A stretch of DNA of 64,000 nt from assembly GCA_943841885.1 (NCBI GenBank), contig CALSZZ010000004.1:133894-197893 (forward strand), written 5' to 3'. Source of the DNA: Candidatus Thalassarchaeaceae archaeon (GTDB lineage: Archaea > Thermoplasmatota > Poseidoniia > Poseidoniales > Thalassarchaeaceae). The notes beneath the pieces were generated by a model. That model was not told where the DNA came from, ran no database searches, and was given only the letters and a program-made list of their open reading frames with translations. The translations under genes and the position numbers were made by a program. This document shows, one piece after another, positions 19,672-28,823 of the stretch. Positions within the stretch are counted from its first letter, which is position 1. Each line of letters begins with the position of its first letter.

Positions 19672-19748
19672 CCTTTCATCATTCTTCTCTTAAATAATGA
19701 ACATTACAAGCAATCTATTGATTAAGAAGATGTATTTTCGCTATATTA

Positions 19749-21059
19749 ATGGTCCTCTATACTCCAGGGAAAACATCTGGCTATCCAAGTGAAAAAATAG
19801 ATTCAGGAATCCGATTTTATTTTTTAGGCGGTGCTGAAGAAGTAGGGAATGTAGGCTGTATCATAGAAGATAATACTGGTACAAGGTTGCTAATAGATTA
19901 CGGCATGGCACCAACTAGACCACCCAAATATCCATCTGAAAGTCCTAAGGTATTAGATGCTATAATTACACATAGCCATATTGATCATATTGGAATGGTC
20001 CCATGGCTGGCGGGGGCCTATGGAACTACATTACATGGCTCTTCATTAACGGCAAAGGTTTCAGAAATAATGTGGAGAGATACCTATAAAGTATCTTCAA
20101 TAGAAAACTATCCGCTTTCATGGGACAAAAGAGATCTAGATTTGGCGTTAGATTCATGGAAGACTCATAAAATCGGAGAATGGTTTGAAATCGGAGAATG
20201 GAAATGTAAATTCCACTTGGCTGGACATATGCCAGGTGCAATAATGATAGAAATCGCTACTCCCACTGCAACAATTCTCTGGACGGGAGATATAGATACA
20301 AGAGATAGCCCAAATGTAAAGGGAGCAAGCCCAGTCAAATGCGATATTCTTTGTTTGGAAGGCACATATGGGGACCGTAAACACCCGCCTAGGTCCGAAG
20401 AAGAAAAAAGGTTTGTTGATAGAGTAAAAGAAGTTGTTAATCGAGGCGGGGTTGCATTAGTACCAGCCTTTGCTTCTGGACGGGGCCAAGATATTCTTCG
20501 CATATTAAATCGAGATGTTCCACATCTAAATGTCCATTTTGACGGCATGGGAACAAGACTGACTAAGGATTGGCTACAATTTCCTGAATTTAATAATAAT
20601 TTCAAAGATTTATTGAAAACATGGAAGTGGACAAGAAGAGTATATGGTAAAAGTGATAGAAAAAAAGCTCTAGAGGCCGATGTTATTGTAACTACAAGTG
20701 GAATGCTAGATGGCGGTCCGGCCCTTTGGTATCTTAATCGTCTGAATTCTAATAGATCTAATGCAATTTTACTAACAGGTTATCAGGCCGAAGGTTCTGG
20801 TGGTCGAAAACTATTAGATGAAGGCAAACTATCGATTTATGGGAAAATGACTGAAATAAACTTAGAAATTAATCAATACGCACTTTCTAATCATGCAGAT
20901 GGCCCCTCTCTTGTTAAATTTGCCAAAGAATGCTCGCCTAAAGAAATCGTAATATTCCATGCGCCTGCAGAGGGAATTTTAAGCTTAAATAAGGAGTTAA
21001 AAGAAGAATTTAAAGTATATTTACCAGAAAATAATAAACAACTATTTTTGAATCGTTAA
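19749..21059 (+). CDS. Metallo-beta-lactamase / beta-CASP family ribonuclease (short aCPSF2-like form without KH domains)
   Basis: Contains HSHIDHIG (HxHxDH), GHMPGA and the EGTYG beta-CASP motif A. The length of 436 aa fits the short form. Confidence 0.7.
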   Translation: MVLYTPGKTSGYPSEKIDSGIRFYFLGGAEEVGNVGCIIEDNTGTRLLIDYGMAPTRPPKYPSESPKVLDAIITHSHIDHIGMVPWLAGAYGTTLHGSSLTAKVSEIMWRDTYKVSSIENYPLSWDKRDLDLALDSWKTHKIGEWFEIGEWKCKFHLAGHMPGAIMIEIATPTATILWTGDIDTRDSPNVKGASPVKCDILCLEGTYGDRKHPPRSEEEKRFVDRVKEVVNRGGVALVPAFASGRGQDILRILNRDVPHLNVHFDGMGTRLTKDWLQFPEFNNNFKDLLKTWKWTRRVYGKSDRKKALEADVIVTTSGMLDGGPALWYLNRLNSNRSNAILLTGYQAEGSGGRKLLDEGKLSIYGKMTEINLEINQYALSNHADGPSLVKFAKECSPKEIVIFHAPAEGILSLNKELKEEFKVYLPENNKQLFLNR

Positions 21060-21162
21060 CCCCAAAATTCACGATTTAGTAGGGAAGTTCATTAGCCGTC
21101 TGTCATAGCAGTTACACTAGGTGAGTCTAGACTCACCAGTATATTTGGAATTAGGTGGAATA

Positions 21163-22764
21163 ATGAGTGAATTAGAAAGAATAATGGATGAAAGATTTGG
21201 ATTAACTGATGCAGGCGTATCTTGGCAGAGTGAAATGAGAGCAGGATTGACTACTTTCATGACTATGGCATATATTTTATTGGTAAACCCTGCCATGTTA
21301 AGTGGAACAGGAATGCCTTTTGATGATGTACTATTTGCAACCGCAATTGCAGCATTCATTGGTTGCACTGTAATGGGTCTTTGGGCTAATTTACCTTTTG
21401 CTTTGGCTCCAGGTATGGGCCTTAATGCATACTTCGCCTTTACAGTTGTAATGGAGATGGGCATTCCTTGGGAAGTAGCCTTGGCAGCTGTATTCGTTGA
21501 AGGATTGCTATTCTTGGTCATATCTCTCCCTCAAGTAGGATGGAGAACGAAGATGATTAATTCTATACCTCAAGATTTGAAGATAGCAACAGGCGCTGGA
21601 ATTGGAATGTTCTTGGCAATTATCGGTCTAGAGGAAACAGGTATAATAGTCAACAACGGGGTAACTCTAGTCGGCTTAGACGATACAGCTTCTTGGACAC
21701 ACACATCAGGTGAATTATGGGCTATTATTGGAATAGTGGCCATTGCAGCAATGATGGCAAGGAAAATACCAGGCTCTATTGTTTGGGGTATTTTAGGCAT
21801 GTCTGTAATAGGTTGGGCTCTAGGTGTCTCAGATCCATATAATATGCTAGGTAATGCAGATCCAACATATACTTTCTACGAAGGTGCTTTGTTTGCATCA
21901 AACGTCGACACAACTCCGATGGAAACAATTGGATTTGCTACATATACTGGAGTAGATTTCACCGTTTTCCATGCTCCTGCAGGATGGGGTTCACCGGAAG
22001 CTACAGCACCAAAACTTGGTGACATAATCGGTTTTACTGGACTGCCTGAAGAAACATTATTCGGATTTATAGATGGTTTTGGTGACTTAGATGCTATAGT
22101 AGATGCAGATGGAAATGAAACAAGAGCAGCCTATGAATGGGCGTTAGGAGATTTCCTCCTGGTCATGATAACATTCTTGTTCGTAGATATATTCGATACA
22201 GCAGGTACTCTTTACTCAGTAGGAAGAGCTGCTGGATATGTTGATGATAATGATGAATTACAAAATTCTGATGAAGCATTCATTTCAGATGCTGCAGCAA
22301 CTCTAGTTGGTGCGATGACTGGAACAAGTACAACAACAACATACATCGAATCGGCAGCAGGAGTTGAAGAAGGTGGAAAAACAGGATTAGTTGCATTAAC
22401 ATGTGGTGTTTTATTCCTTTCTGGGCTTTTCCTATCAGGTTTATTCCAAGCAATACCAACATATGCGGCTGCATGTGCATTAGTAATTGTAGGGTCACTA
22501 ATGATGCGTCAGGCTGCAGATATTGATTGGTCAGACCTTGAAGTTGCTATCCCGGCCTTCATAACAATGATTTTGATGCCTTTTGCATATTCTATTGCCG
22601 CAGGTATCGCATGGGGAATAATAGCATATGTATTGGTTAAGTTAGTTGCAGGAAAGTATCAAGAGATCAACGGAGTAATGGCAACACTGTTCGTCTTGAT
22701 GTGTATGTTTTACTTAGGCCCTGGAGATGAAACTACATTTGAGTATCTATTTAGTAACCTATGA
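21163..22764 (+). CDS. AzgA-like purine (guanine/hypoxanthine) permease, NCS2 family
   Basis: The N-terminus ERIMDERFGLTDAGVSWQSEMRAGLTTFMTMAYILLVNPAML matches the AzgA N-terminal signature. About 14 TM helices are present. The start was moved to the MSELER methionine; the track ORF begins at 21121. Confidence 0.8.
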   Translation: MSELERIMDERFGLTDAGVSWQSEMRAGLTTFMTMAYILLVNPAMLSGTGMPFDDVLFATAIAAFIGCTVMGLWANLPFALAPGMGLNAYFAFTVVMEMGIPWEVALAAVFVEGLLFLVISLPQVGWRTKMINSIPQDLKIATGAGIGMFLAIIGLEETGIIVNNGVTLVGLDDTASWTHTSGELWAIIGIVAIAAMMARKIPGSIVWGILGMSVIGWALGVSDPYNMLGNADPTYTFYEGALFASNVDTTPMETIGFATYTGVDFTVFHAPAGWGSPEATAPKLGDIIGFTGLPEETLFGFIDGFGDLDAIVDADGNETRAAYEWALGDFLLVMITFLFVDIFDTAGTLYSVGRAAGYVDDNDELQNSDEAFISDAAATLVGAMTGTSTTTTYIESAAGVEEGGKTGLVALTCGVLFLSGLFLSGLFQAIPTYAAACALVIVGSLMMRQAADIDWSDLEVAIPAFITMILMPFAYSIAAGIAWGIIAYVLVKLVAGKYQEINGVMATLFVLMCMFYLGPGDETTFEYLFSNL

Positions 22765-22844
22765 TTTAGATATTACAGTCAATAAAGTACTACAGTTTTG
22801 ATTATTTGAAGCTGTAGTACTTCATAACTTAATGGTGATATTTT

Positions 22845-23387
22845 TTGAAAAATGGGATATTAGGGGAACTTGCCAATTCAGTAAGGACTGTACCCAATTT
22901 TCCTATTGAAGGAATAATGTTTAGAGACATCACCCCTATACTTTCTAATCATAAACTTCTTTCTGGTCTGATGGATAAAATCGTGAAAGACTTAGAGCAC
23001 TTAGGATGGTATCCGGATATTATAGTTGGCCCAGAGGCTAGAGGGTTTATCTTTGGGCCACTATTATCAACAAGATTAAACAATAGCTTCGTACCTATAA
23101 GAAAACCTGGAAAACTTCCTTCAAAAACAGTAAAAATAGATTATACCCTTGAATATGGCTCAGGTAGTTTAGAAATACACGAAGACGCAATATTACCAGG
23201 TCAAAAAGTTTTGATTATTGATGACCTTCTTGCTACGGGAGGCACTGTATCTGCTTGTATCGATCTCTGTAAAAAATTAGGAGGAGAAGTCATAGGTACT
23301 GTTTTCATAATAGAATTAGAAGGTTTAGGTGCTAGAGATCTTCTAAGGAATACACCAATATATTCTCTTTTGAAATTTCCTGCATGA
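22845..23387 (+). CDS. apt: Adenine phosphoribosyltransferase
   Basis: Contains the PRPP-binding motif VLIIDDLLATGGT and a type I PRTase fold. Confidence 0.85.
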   Translation: MKNGILGELANSVRTVPNFPIEGIMFRDITPILSNHKLLSGLMDKIVKDLEHLGWYPDIIVGPEARGFIFGPLLSTRLNNSFVPIRKPGKLPSKTVKIDYTLEYGSGSLEIHEDAILPGQKVLIIDDLLATGGTVSACIDLCKKLGGEVIGTVFIIELEGLGARDLLRNTPIYSLLKFPA

Positions 23388-23995
23388 ATTTATTAAAGAA
23401 GACCCGATTTATTCAAAGGCAGCATCTACTTCCCGCGGATGTTAAGATGACTGGCAATCCACCTCCTCCTCCGCCTCCACCTCCAAAGGCACCTCCACCA
23501 CCACCCCCAAAGGCAACTTCACCACCACCACCCCCAAAGGCACCTCCGCCTCCACCCCCAAAGGCACCTCCACCACCACCCCCAAAGGGAACTCCACCTC
23601 CAAAGAAATCACCTCAGAGAAATCCAAACAAAGTACCCAAAAGTCTGAGAAAACCATTACCGAGAAAGAAGGCTGCGGAAAGAAAACCATTACCGAGAAA
23701 GAAGGCCGCGGAAAGAAAACCAAAGAAGAAAAAATCTCGTGGCCCTAGATTGAGATTAAGGATACGATCTGCTAAAATCGATACTGAAGTAGATGAGTAT
23801 CAAGACAGGTTAGGATGGGTTACAGCATCTTCTGATTTAATTCCAATGGAAGAAGAAAAGAAAGAACCAGAAACTATGCTCCATCAATGTTCTATGTGTG
23901 GTTCTAGAATGACTATTCCCAGGCCAAAAAGAGAAAGATACAAAGTGATATGTTCATACCCTGAATGCGGTCATGAAGATATGATAGGGATATAA
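23384..23995 (+). CDS. Proline-rich repeat protein with a C-terminal zinc ribbon
   Basis: Contains (P)6-9-K-A/G repeats (PPPPPPPPPPKAPPPPPPKATSPPPPPKAPPPPPPKAPPPPPPKG), then a KPLPRKKAAER x2 basic repeat, then CSMCGSRM...CSYPECGH. The start overlaps the apt stop (ATGA). Confidence 0.55.
   Translation: MNLLKKTRFIQRQHLLPADVKMTGNPPPPPPPPPKAPPPPPPKATSPPPPPKAPPPPPPKAPPPPPPKGTPPPKKSPQRNPNKVPKSLRKPLPRKKAAERKPLPRKKAAERKPKKKKSRGPRLRLRIRSAKIDTEVDEYQDRLGWVTASSDLIPMEEEKKEPETMLHQCSMCGSRMTIPRPKRERYKVICSYPECGHEDMIGI
23458..23716 (+). repeat. Coding tandem repeats: an imperfect ~21-bp Pro-codon repeat (ccaaaggcacctcc(a/g)cc(a/t)cc) repeated about six times, plus an exact 33-bp repeat x2 (aaaccattaccgagaaagaaggc(t/c)gcggaaag) at 23651-23716
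   Basis: Read directly from the sequence. The period of the second repeat is 33 bp. Confidence 0.7.
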
Positions 23996-23996
23996 T

Positions 23997-25517
23997 CTAT
24001 TTTTCATTAATTATCCGACTAGGCATATATAATTTAACTAATATAGCATTAATTAACGCAATTATTGCCATTACAGTTGCTGTTGCTAACATTCCTTCCA
24101 TAAATGCAAACTTAGCATTCTCAATTAATTCTAATCCAACTAAATCCCCGTTCTGAAATAATTCAGCCCCTATTTCCATAGCAGCAGGAAATGACTCAAG
24201 AGGGACCGCACCTAATGATTCCACTAATTCAGTAGGAATTATCATATTTCTTTGATAGACCTCATTTAGTACACTTCCGCCTATAGCAATACCCATTGCA
24301 CCTCCAATTTCTCGACTAGCATCATTTGTTGCACTCCCTACTCCAGCCTTATCTTTTGGTATCGAGTCCATTACGATCGTTGTAGATGGCGCCATTGTCA
24401 ATCCCATTCCAAAACCAAGTAAAAAGAACATACAGGCAAGACGTAGGTATTCAGTGTTATTTTCCACAGTCGTGAAAATAATCATTGCAAAAGTAATCAA
24501 GAGAAGGCCTATAGAAACAATATTATTATTACCAAACCTAGCTGATAATTTGTCACTATTTGCTGCAGCAGGCATAAGTCCTATGGGCAGCGGTAAGAAT
24601 CTTATTGCAGCCTCTAAAGGAGAAAGACCTCTGATTAATTGAAAATGCAGCATCTGGGTAAACATAAATGAAAACATCACGAATGATGCTAATGATATTG
24701 CAATTAAGCCCAATACAAATCCTTTTGATTCAAAAAAATTAATTGGTAACATTGGGTAATCGATTTTTTGTTCCCATTTTACAAATAGATAAGTTAGAAT
24801 TACGCCAAACACTCCTATGAATATTACCTCTTCACTTGTCCAACCTAATGTCGGACCTTCAATGATGGCGAATAAAATAGACCCTAATGCTCCTATTGAT
24901 AGTAATGCACCAACAGGATCAAGAGACCTTTCTTCAGATTCTTTAGACTCTGGAACAAAGAACAAACCCAGCATCAAAGCGAAAATTATTATTGGTACAT
25001 TAACTAAAAAAACCATTTGCCAATCATAATTCTCAACTGCCCAACCTCCAACTAATAATCCAACAGGTGCGCCAATTCCAGCCATCATTGTCCAGATACC
25101 TATTGCTTTCCCTCTTTCTTCAATTGGAAATACAACAATAACAATCGAAAGAGTTGCAGGCATAACTAAAGCCGCCCCAAAACCCATCAAACCTCTAGCA
25201 ATTATAAGATCATTAGCAGAATTTGCAAAAAAAGCCGCAGCAGTTGAAGCCAACCCCACTAACAGTAATCCTACTTGTAATACTATTTTACGCCCATAAC
25301 GGTCACCTAGTGCACCCATGACCAGAAGAGTCCCTCCAAAGATTAACGCATATGCATCTAAAATCCATTGTAATTCTGTATTATTTGCTTTCAAATCTTT
25401 TGATAAATCCGGTAAAGCGACATTAAGTGTCACATTATTTAACATAACAATTACGAGTGATAAACTCATAATTCCTAGTATTAACCACCTTTTTTCATAT
25501 GTGGTATTATTAATCAT
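23997..25517 (-). CDS. MFS transporter, 14-TM drug:H+ antiporter (DHA2/EmrB-like)
   Basis: The 506-aa protein has about 14 predicted helices and the MFS signatures GALGDRYGRK and LLVGLASTAAA. Confidence 0.75.
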   Translation of the reverse strand: MINNTTYEKRWLILGIMSLSLVIVMLNNVTLNVALPDLSKDLKANNTELQWILDAYALIFGGTLLVMGALGDRYGRKIVLQVGLLLVGLASTAAAFFANSANDLIIARGLMGFGAALVMPATLSIVIVVFPIEERGKAIGIWTMMAGIGAPVGLLVGGWAVENYDWQMVFLVNVPIIIFALMLGLFFVPESKESEERSLDPVGALLSIGALGSILFAIIEGPTLGWTSEEVIFIGVFGVILTYLFVKWEQKIDYPMLPINFFESKGFVLGLIAISLASFVMFSFMFTQMLHFQLIRGLSPLEAAIRFLPLPIGLMPAAANSDKLSARFGNNNIVSIGLLLITFAMIIFTTVENNTEYLRLACMFFLLGFGMGLTMAPSTTIVMDSIPKDKAGVGSATNDASREIGGAMGIAIGGSVLNEVYQRNMIIPTELVESLGAVPLESFPAAMEIGAELFQNGDLVGLELIENAKFAFMEGMLATATVMAIIALINAILVKLYMPSRIINEK

Positions 25518-25532
25518 ATAACATCCTTTAAC

Positions 25533-27398
25533 TTGAGATTATTAAATACATCACCTACAATAAGAATACCCCCTCGGGCATATATGGGTAAACATACATT
25601 TGCAGTAATTATTTCCCTAATGTTCGTATGCGTTATTTTTTCCGGTTGTATATTTTCATCTACAAAAGAAATAGAAACTCATAATATAGACCTGCAGTAT
25701 CCTTCTTTGAATGAAAGATATAATTTAGATTTTCAAGATAATCATACCTTCTCTTATGTTTTACAAAGAGGCGGACATTTTCCACTAGAAGTTCAGGAAG
25801 TATTTATTGAAGTAGATACTTCAGATATATGGGAAACAGGTCCTGATAACTCTATTGTACACCTATCTTATTGGTTACCTAATAATACTTTAGATGGAGA
25901 AAAAGTCCCTGTTATTGCAATAATAAGTCCATATTTCTCATATGGACTACAAGGAGACGAATCTACACCAACAAATATTGTAAGCGCAGGAAGAGGAGAA
26001 TTTATTTTTGAAAATTTTGTACCACATGGTTATGCTTTTGCACAAGTATCAGTTTTCGGAACTGAACTTTCAAGTGGATGTTTTGACTATCGTGGAGCGG
26101 GAGAGGGACTGGGCATACATCATGCTGTTGAATGGCTTGGGATGCAAAACTGGTCTAATGGAAACGTCGGCCTGTATGGCAAATCATATGAAGGAGCCAC
26201 TCAATGGGAAGCTGCAGCTTTAGCAAGCCCATATCTGAAAACCATAGTTCCTATTTCAGGTACTACAGCATTACATCCTTTGCTCTATAAAAATGGAAGC
26301 GCAGAAGCCAGAAGTCAAGTAATGCATATGAACTACTTTTCAAGTACAGTAGACTATGATGAAGATGATTTGGATAACGTTTGTCCTGATATTATTGAAG
26401 GACTTTTCGCTGGACCAATTACATATGGTGCAGGAGAATTAGATCCATACATGTCTAATTATTATGATGAAAGAAGCCATATCGATAAAGCATTTAAAAA
26501 TTGGAATGGAAGTGTATATTGGATACAGGGACTACAAGATTGGAACGTAGACCCTCACCAAGTTTTCGGTGGTCCAATAGGCATTAATTGGTACCAAGAT
26601 TATATTGATGCTGGTTATGAAATTAGAGGGATGTTTGGACAATGGGAACATAATTATCCAGATCAGTGGTCTAAACATAACGCACAAGAAGGCGGATATG
26701 GCGGAGAAGCAATTCAGAATATGACGAGGTGGGACTGGGCCCAAGATTTATTTGAATGGTATGAATATTATCTAAAAGAGAAAGGCCCTAAACCAGACCT
26801 TTCTGTCCAGATACAACGGAACGATGGTCAATGGAGAACTGAAGAAACATGGCCCCCAAAAGATATTGACTGGACAACACTACCTTTAGCAGAATGTAGC
26901 AGTTCTGGTGTATTCATTGGAGGAGGGGCACCTGCTATTGGAGGCGGCCAGTCTACTGAGATCATATGTCCAGCGATATCTGAAACAAGAAATATCTTAA
27001 TTTCTGGCCTAATAAGATTACACCTAGAAGCAATTGCCACATTCGATGGTGGACAAGTATTTGCTGAACTTCAGGATTCTGAAACCGGTTTGAGAATAGG
27101 TCATGCCACAATGGATATTAGATATCATGCAGGAGGAAATAATCCACAGACAGTTACTCCTAACCAACAAGTTACAATGATGATGGAATTTCAAGCAATT
27201 GATTCGATATTACCACTCGGGCACGGTTTGAAAATAATATTAACAGATACAGGTGAAGATTATTTGGCACCAGCTTGCGGTGCAGCCTGTGTTGTTCATA
27301 TCCTTCCCTCCTCATCTTCAATGTATATCCCTGAAATTATTCGTAATGGTAGTAATATTTTTCAAACATATCAAAATTTAGATGCCGCGAACAATTAA
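25533..27398 (+). CDS. Secreted CocE/NonD-family (S15 X-Pro dipeptidyl-peptidase-like) hydrolase
   Basis: Has an N-terminal signal/anchor and the nucleophile elbow GKSYEG within a CocE/NonD-like alpha/beta-hydrolase region followed by a beta-sandwich domain. Confidence 0.65.
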   Translation: MRLLNTSPTIRIPPRAYMGKHTFAVIISLMFVCVIFSGCIFSSTKEIETHNIDLQYPSLNERYNLDFQDNHTFSYVLQRGGHFPLEVQEVFIEVDTSDIWETGPDNSIVHLSYWLPNNTLDGEKVPVIAIISPYFSYGLQGDESTPTNIVSAGRGEFIFENFVPHGYAFAQVSVFGTELSSGCFDYRGAGEGLGIHHAVEWLGMQNWSNGNVGLYGKSYEGATQWEAAALASPYLKTIVPISGTTALHPLLYKNGSAEARSQVMHMNYFSSTVDYDEDDLDNVCPDIIEGLFAGPITYGAGELDPYMSNYYDERSHIDKAFKNWNGSVYWIQGLQDWNVDPHQVFGGPIGINWYQDYIDAGYEIRGMFGQWEHNYPDQWSKHNAQEGGYGGEAIQNMTRWDWAQDLFEWYEYYLKEKGPKPDLSVQIQRNDGQWRTEETWPPKDIDWTTLPLAECSSSGVFIGGGAPAIGGGQSTEIICPAISETRNILISGLIRLHLEAIATFDGGQVFAELQDSETGLRIGHATMDIRYHAGGNNPQTVTPNQQVTMMMEFQAIDSILPLGHGLKIILTDTGEDYLAPACGAACVVHILPSSSSMYIPEIIRNGSNIFQTYQNLDAANN

Positions 27399-27429
27399 TT
27401 GAAACCCAACTATTAGTAGGATTGATGTC

Positions 27430-27969
27430 TTGGTACTCCTAGGATACAGCATGGCCCTCCCCCGTCGAGCAATGGAACAGATGGGTTTCGCAATTTGTTG
27501 TTTGATGTGTGATGCCAAAGATATTGCAGGAACCCTCAGATGCAGAGATTGTATCAATGATCATGCTAAAAGTAGAGAAAAATTAAACCAAGGCCCTCCA
27601 AAGTCTAAAGCTGACAGACTCGCTAGAGAATTCATAACAATGCTAGCCAATCCTTCCAAACATATCGACGATTCTAATCATGGTAATTCTATGATATATT
27701 ATTCTTCTTTAATTGATAAACATAATGGTATTTCTCCCGCTAAAACGGCCAAAGAGATAGGGAAAAGATTTGAAGAACTAAGAAAGAAAAAAGACAAATC
27801 AATAATTAGGGATGTAGCAAACCAAAACAAATGGTCAGAAAAACCTCCTGATTTCTTTGAAAGAGAAGAATTATTACAACTTATTACAGACGGTAATTCA
27901 ATAAATAATTTAAATTGGGACAAACTTCTCTCCGAGGTTGGTGAACTATTGGAAGATGACGATACTTAG
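27430..27969 (+). CDS. Hypothetical protein with an N-terminal Cys4 motif (CCLMC...CRDC)
   Basis: ORF immediately upstream of the M50 protease with an acidic C-terminus. No family was recognised. Confidence 0.35.
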   Translation: MVLLGYSMALPRRAMEQMGFAICCLMCDAKDIAGTLRCRDCINDHAKSREKLNQGPPKSKADRLAREFITMLANPSKHIDDSNHGNSMIYYSSLIDKHNGISPAKTAKEIGKRFEELRKKKDKSIIRDVANQNKWSEKPPDFFEREELLQLITDGNSINNLNWDKLLSEVGELLEDDDT

Positions 27970-28005
27970 CGACGGGTTGATACGAGACGCAGTGGTGAAG
28001 AATAT

Positions 28006-28818
28006 ATGCCAGCAGACCGAGATCCTCGTGCCTGGTGGTTAGATGACGACCCATTTGATAAAAAAGATTATACAGAACGCCGAAACAATAAAACTACCCA
28101 ATCTTCAAGTAACAGTTTTGAGCAAAATCCATTTCAAGATATCTTAAATGATTATTTTGGTGGTAGACAGAGGTATAATATCCCAATCCACAGAGGCTCA
28201 ATATGGCACTTTTCTAGAATTGAAATAAAACATTTGACTCAAGCAACAATGGCTTTCACACTCGCCTTAGGATTTATGGGAAGGGGTATATTTGGGGCGT
28301 TAAATTCCCCAACTGTTTTCATTTATTGGGGAATACTCTACTTTATTTCACTAACACCTGCTTTTTTGTTACATGAAATTGCACACAAAATTGTCGCCAG
28401 AAGATATGGGTGCTGGGCCGAATTTCGTGCCAACCCTGCAGGACTAAGGTTTGGAGTAATATTAGCCGCAGTTCTAGGGATTGTCTTTATGGCACCCGGG
28501 GCAGTAATGGTTTCAGGAAGAACTACTAGAACGCAGTTTGGACGTATCGCTTTAGCAGGACCAGTAACAAACGTATTTCTTTGGTCAGTTGGTATAATAG
28601 GTGCTTTTTTACTTGGGGGGTTGAATGATCATCTGGATCAGATGCTAAGAACATGGCTCTGGGGGAACTCTATTCTAGCAGCATTTAATATGTTACCATT
28701 TGGTCCTCTTGATGGTAAAAAAATAAAGACTTGGTCAGAGACTGTATTTTATGTTTGGTTGTCAATAACTCTAGCTACTGTGTGGATAACTTTGAATTAT
28801 ACTTCAGACATTTTATGA
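28006..28818 (+). CDS. Site-2 protease family (M50) intramembrane metalloprotease
   Basis: The HEIAH zinc motif sits inside a TM helix, with further TM helices and a C-terminal LPFGPLDGKK region (the LDG motif). Confidence 0.7.
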   Translation: MPADRDPRAWWLDDDPFDKKDYTERRNNKTTQSSSNSFEQNPFQDILNDYFGGRQRYNIPIHRGSIWHFSRIEIKHLTQATMAFTLALGFMGRGIFGALNSPTVFIYWGILYFISLTPAFLLHEIAHKIVARRYGCWAEFRANPAGLRFGVILAAVLGIVFMAPGAVMVSGRTTRTQFGRIALAGPVTNVFLWSVGIIGAFLLGGLNDHLDQMLRTWLWGNSILAAFNMLPFGPLDGKKIKTWSETVFYVWLSITLATVWITLNYTSDIL

Positions 28819-28823
28819 ATTAA

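Noticed and set aside
20026-20605. Three nested minus-strand ORFs inside the beta-CASP RNase gene
   Set aside because: They are antisense and mutually overlapping.
21117-21521. 134-aa minus-strand ORF overlapping the permease N-terminus
   Set aside because: It is antisense to the AzgA permease, whose N-terminal signature is clear. Its Ala/Pro-rich translation is typical of a GC-richer antisense frame.
21570-22498. Minus-strand ORFs 21570..21800 and 22280..22498
   Set aside because: They are antisense to the AzgA permease.
23442-23723. 93-aa minus-strand ORF with Val/Glu repeats
   Set aside because: It is the mirror image of the proline-codon repeat on the other strand. The plus-strand reading has the zinc-ribbon continuation and operon coupling.
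24454-25521. Plus-strand ORFs inside the MFS transporter gene
   Set aside because: They are antisense to the MFS transporter.
26008-27040. Small ORFs inside the S15 peptidase gene on both strands
   Set aside because: They are embedded in or antisense to the S15 peptidase.
27699-27923. 74-aa minus-strand ORF
   Set aside because: It is antisense to ORF 27430..27969.
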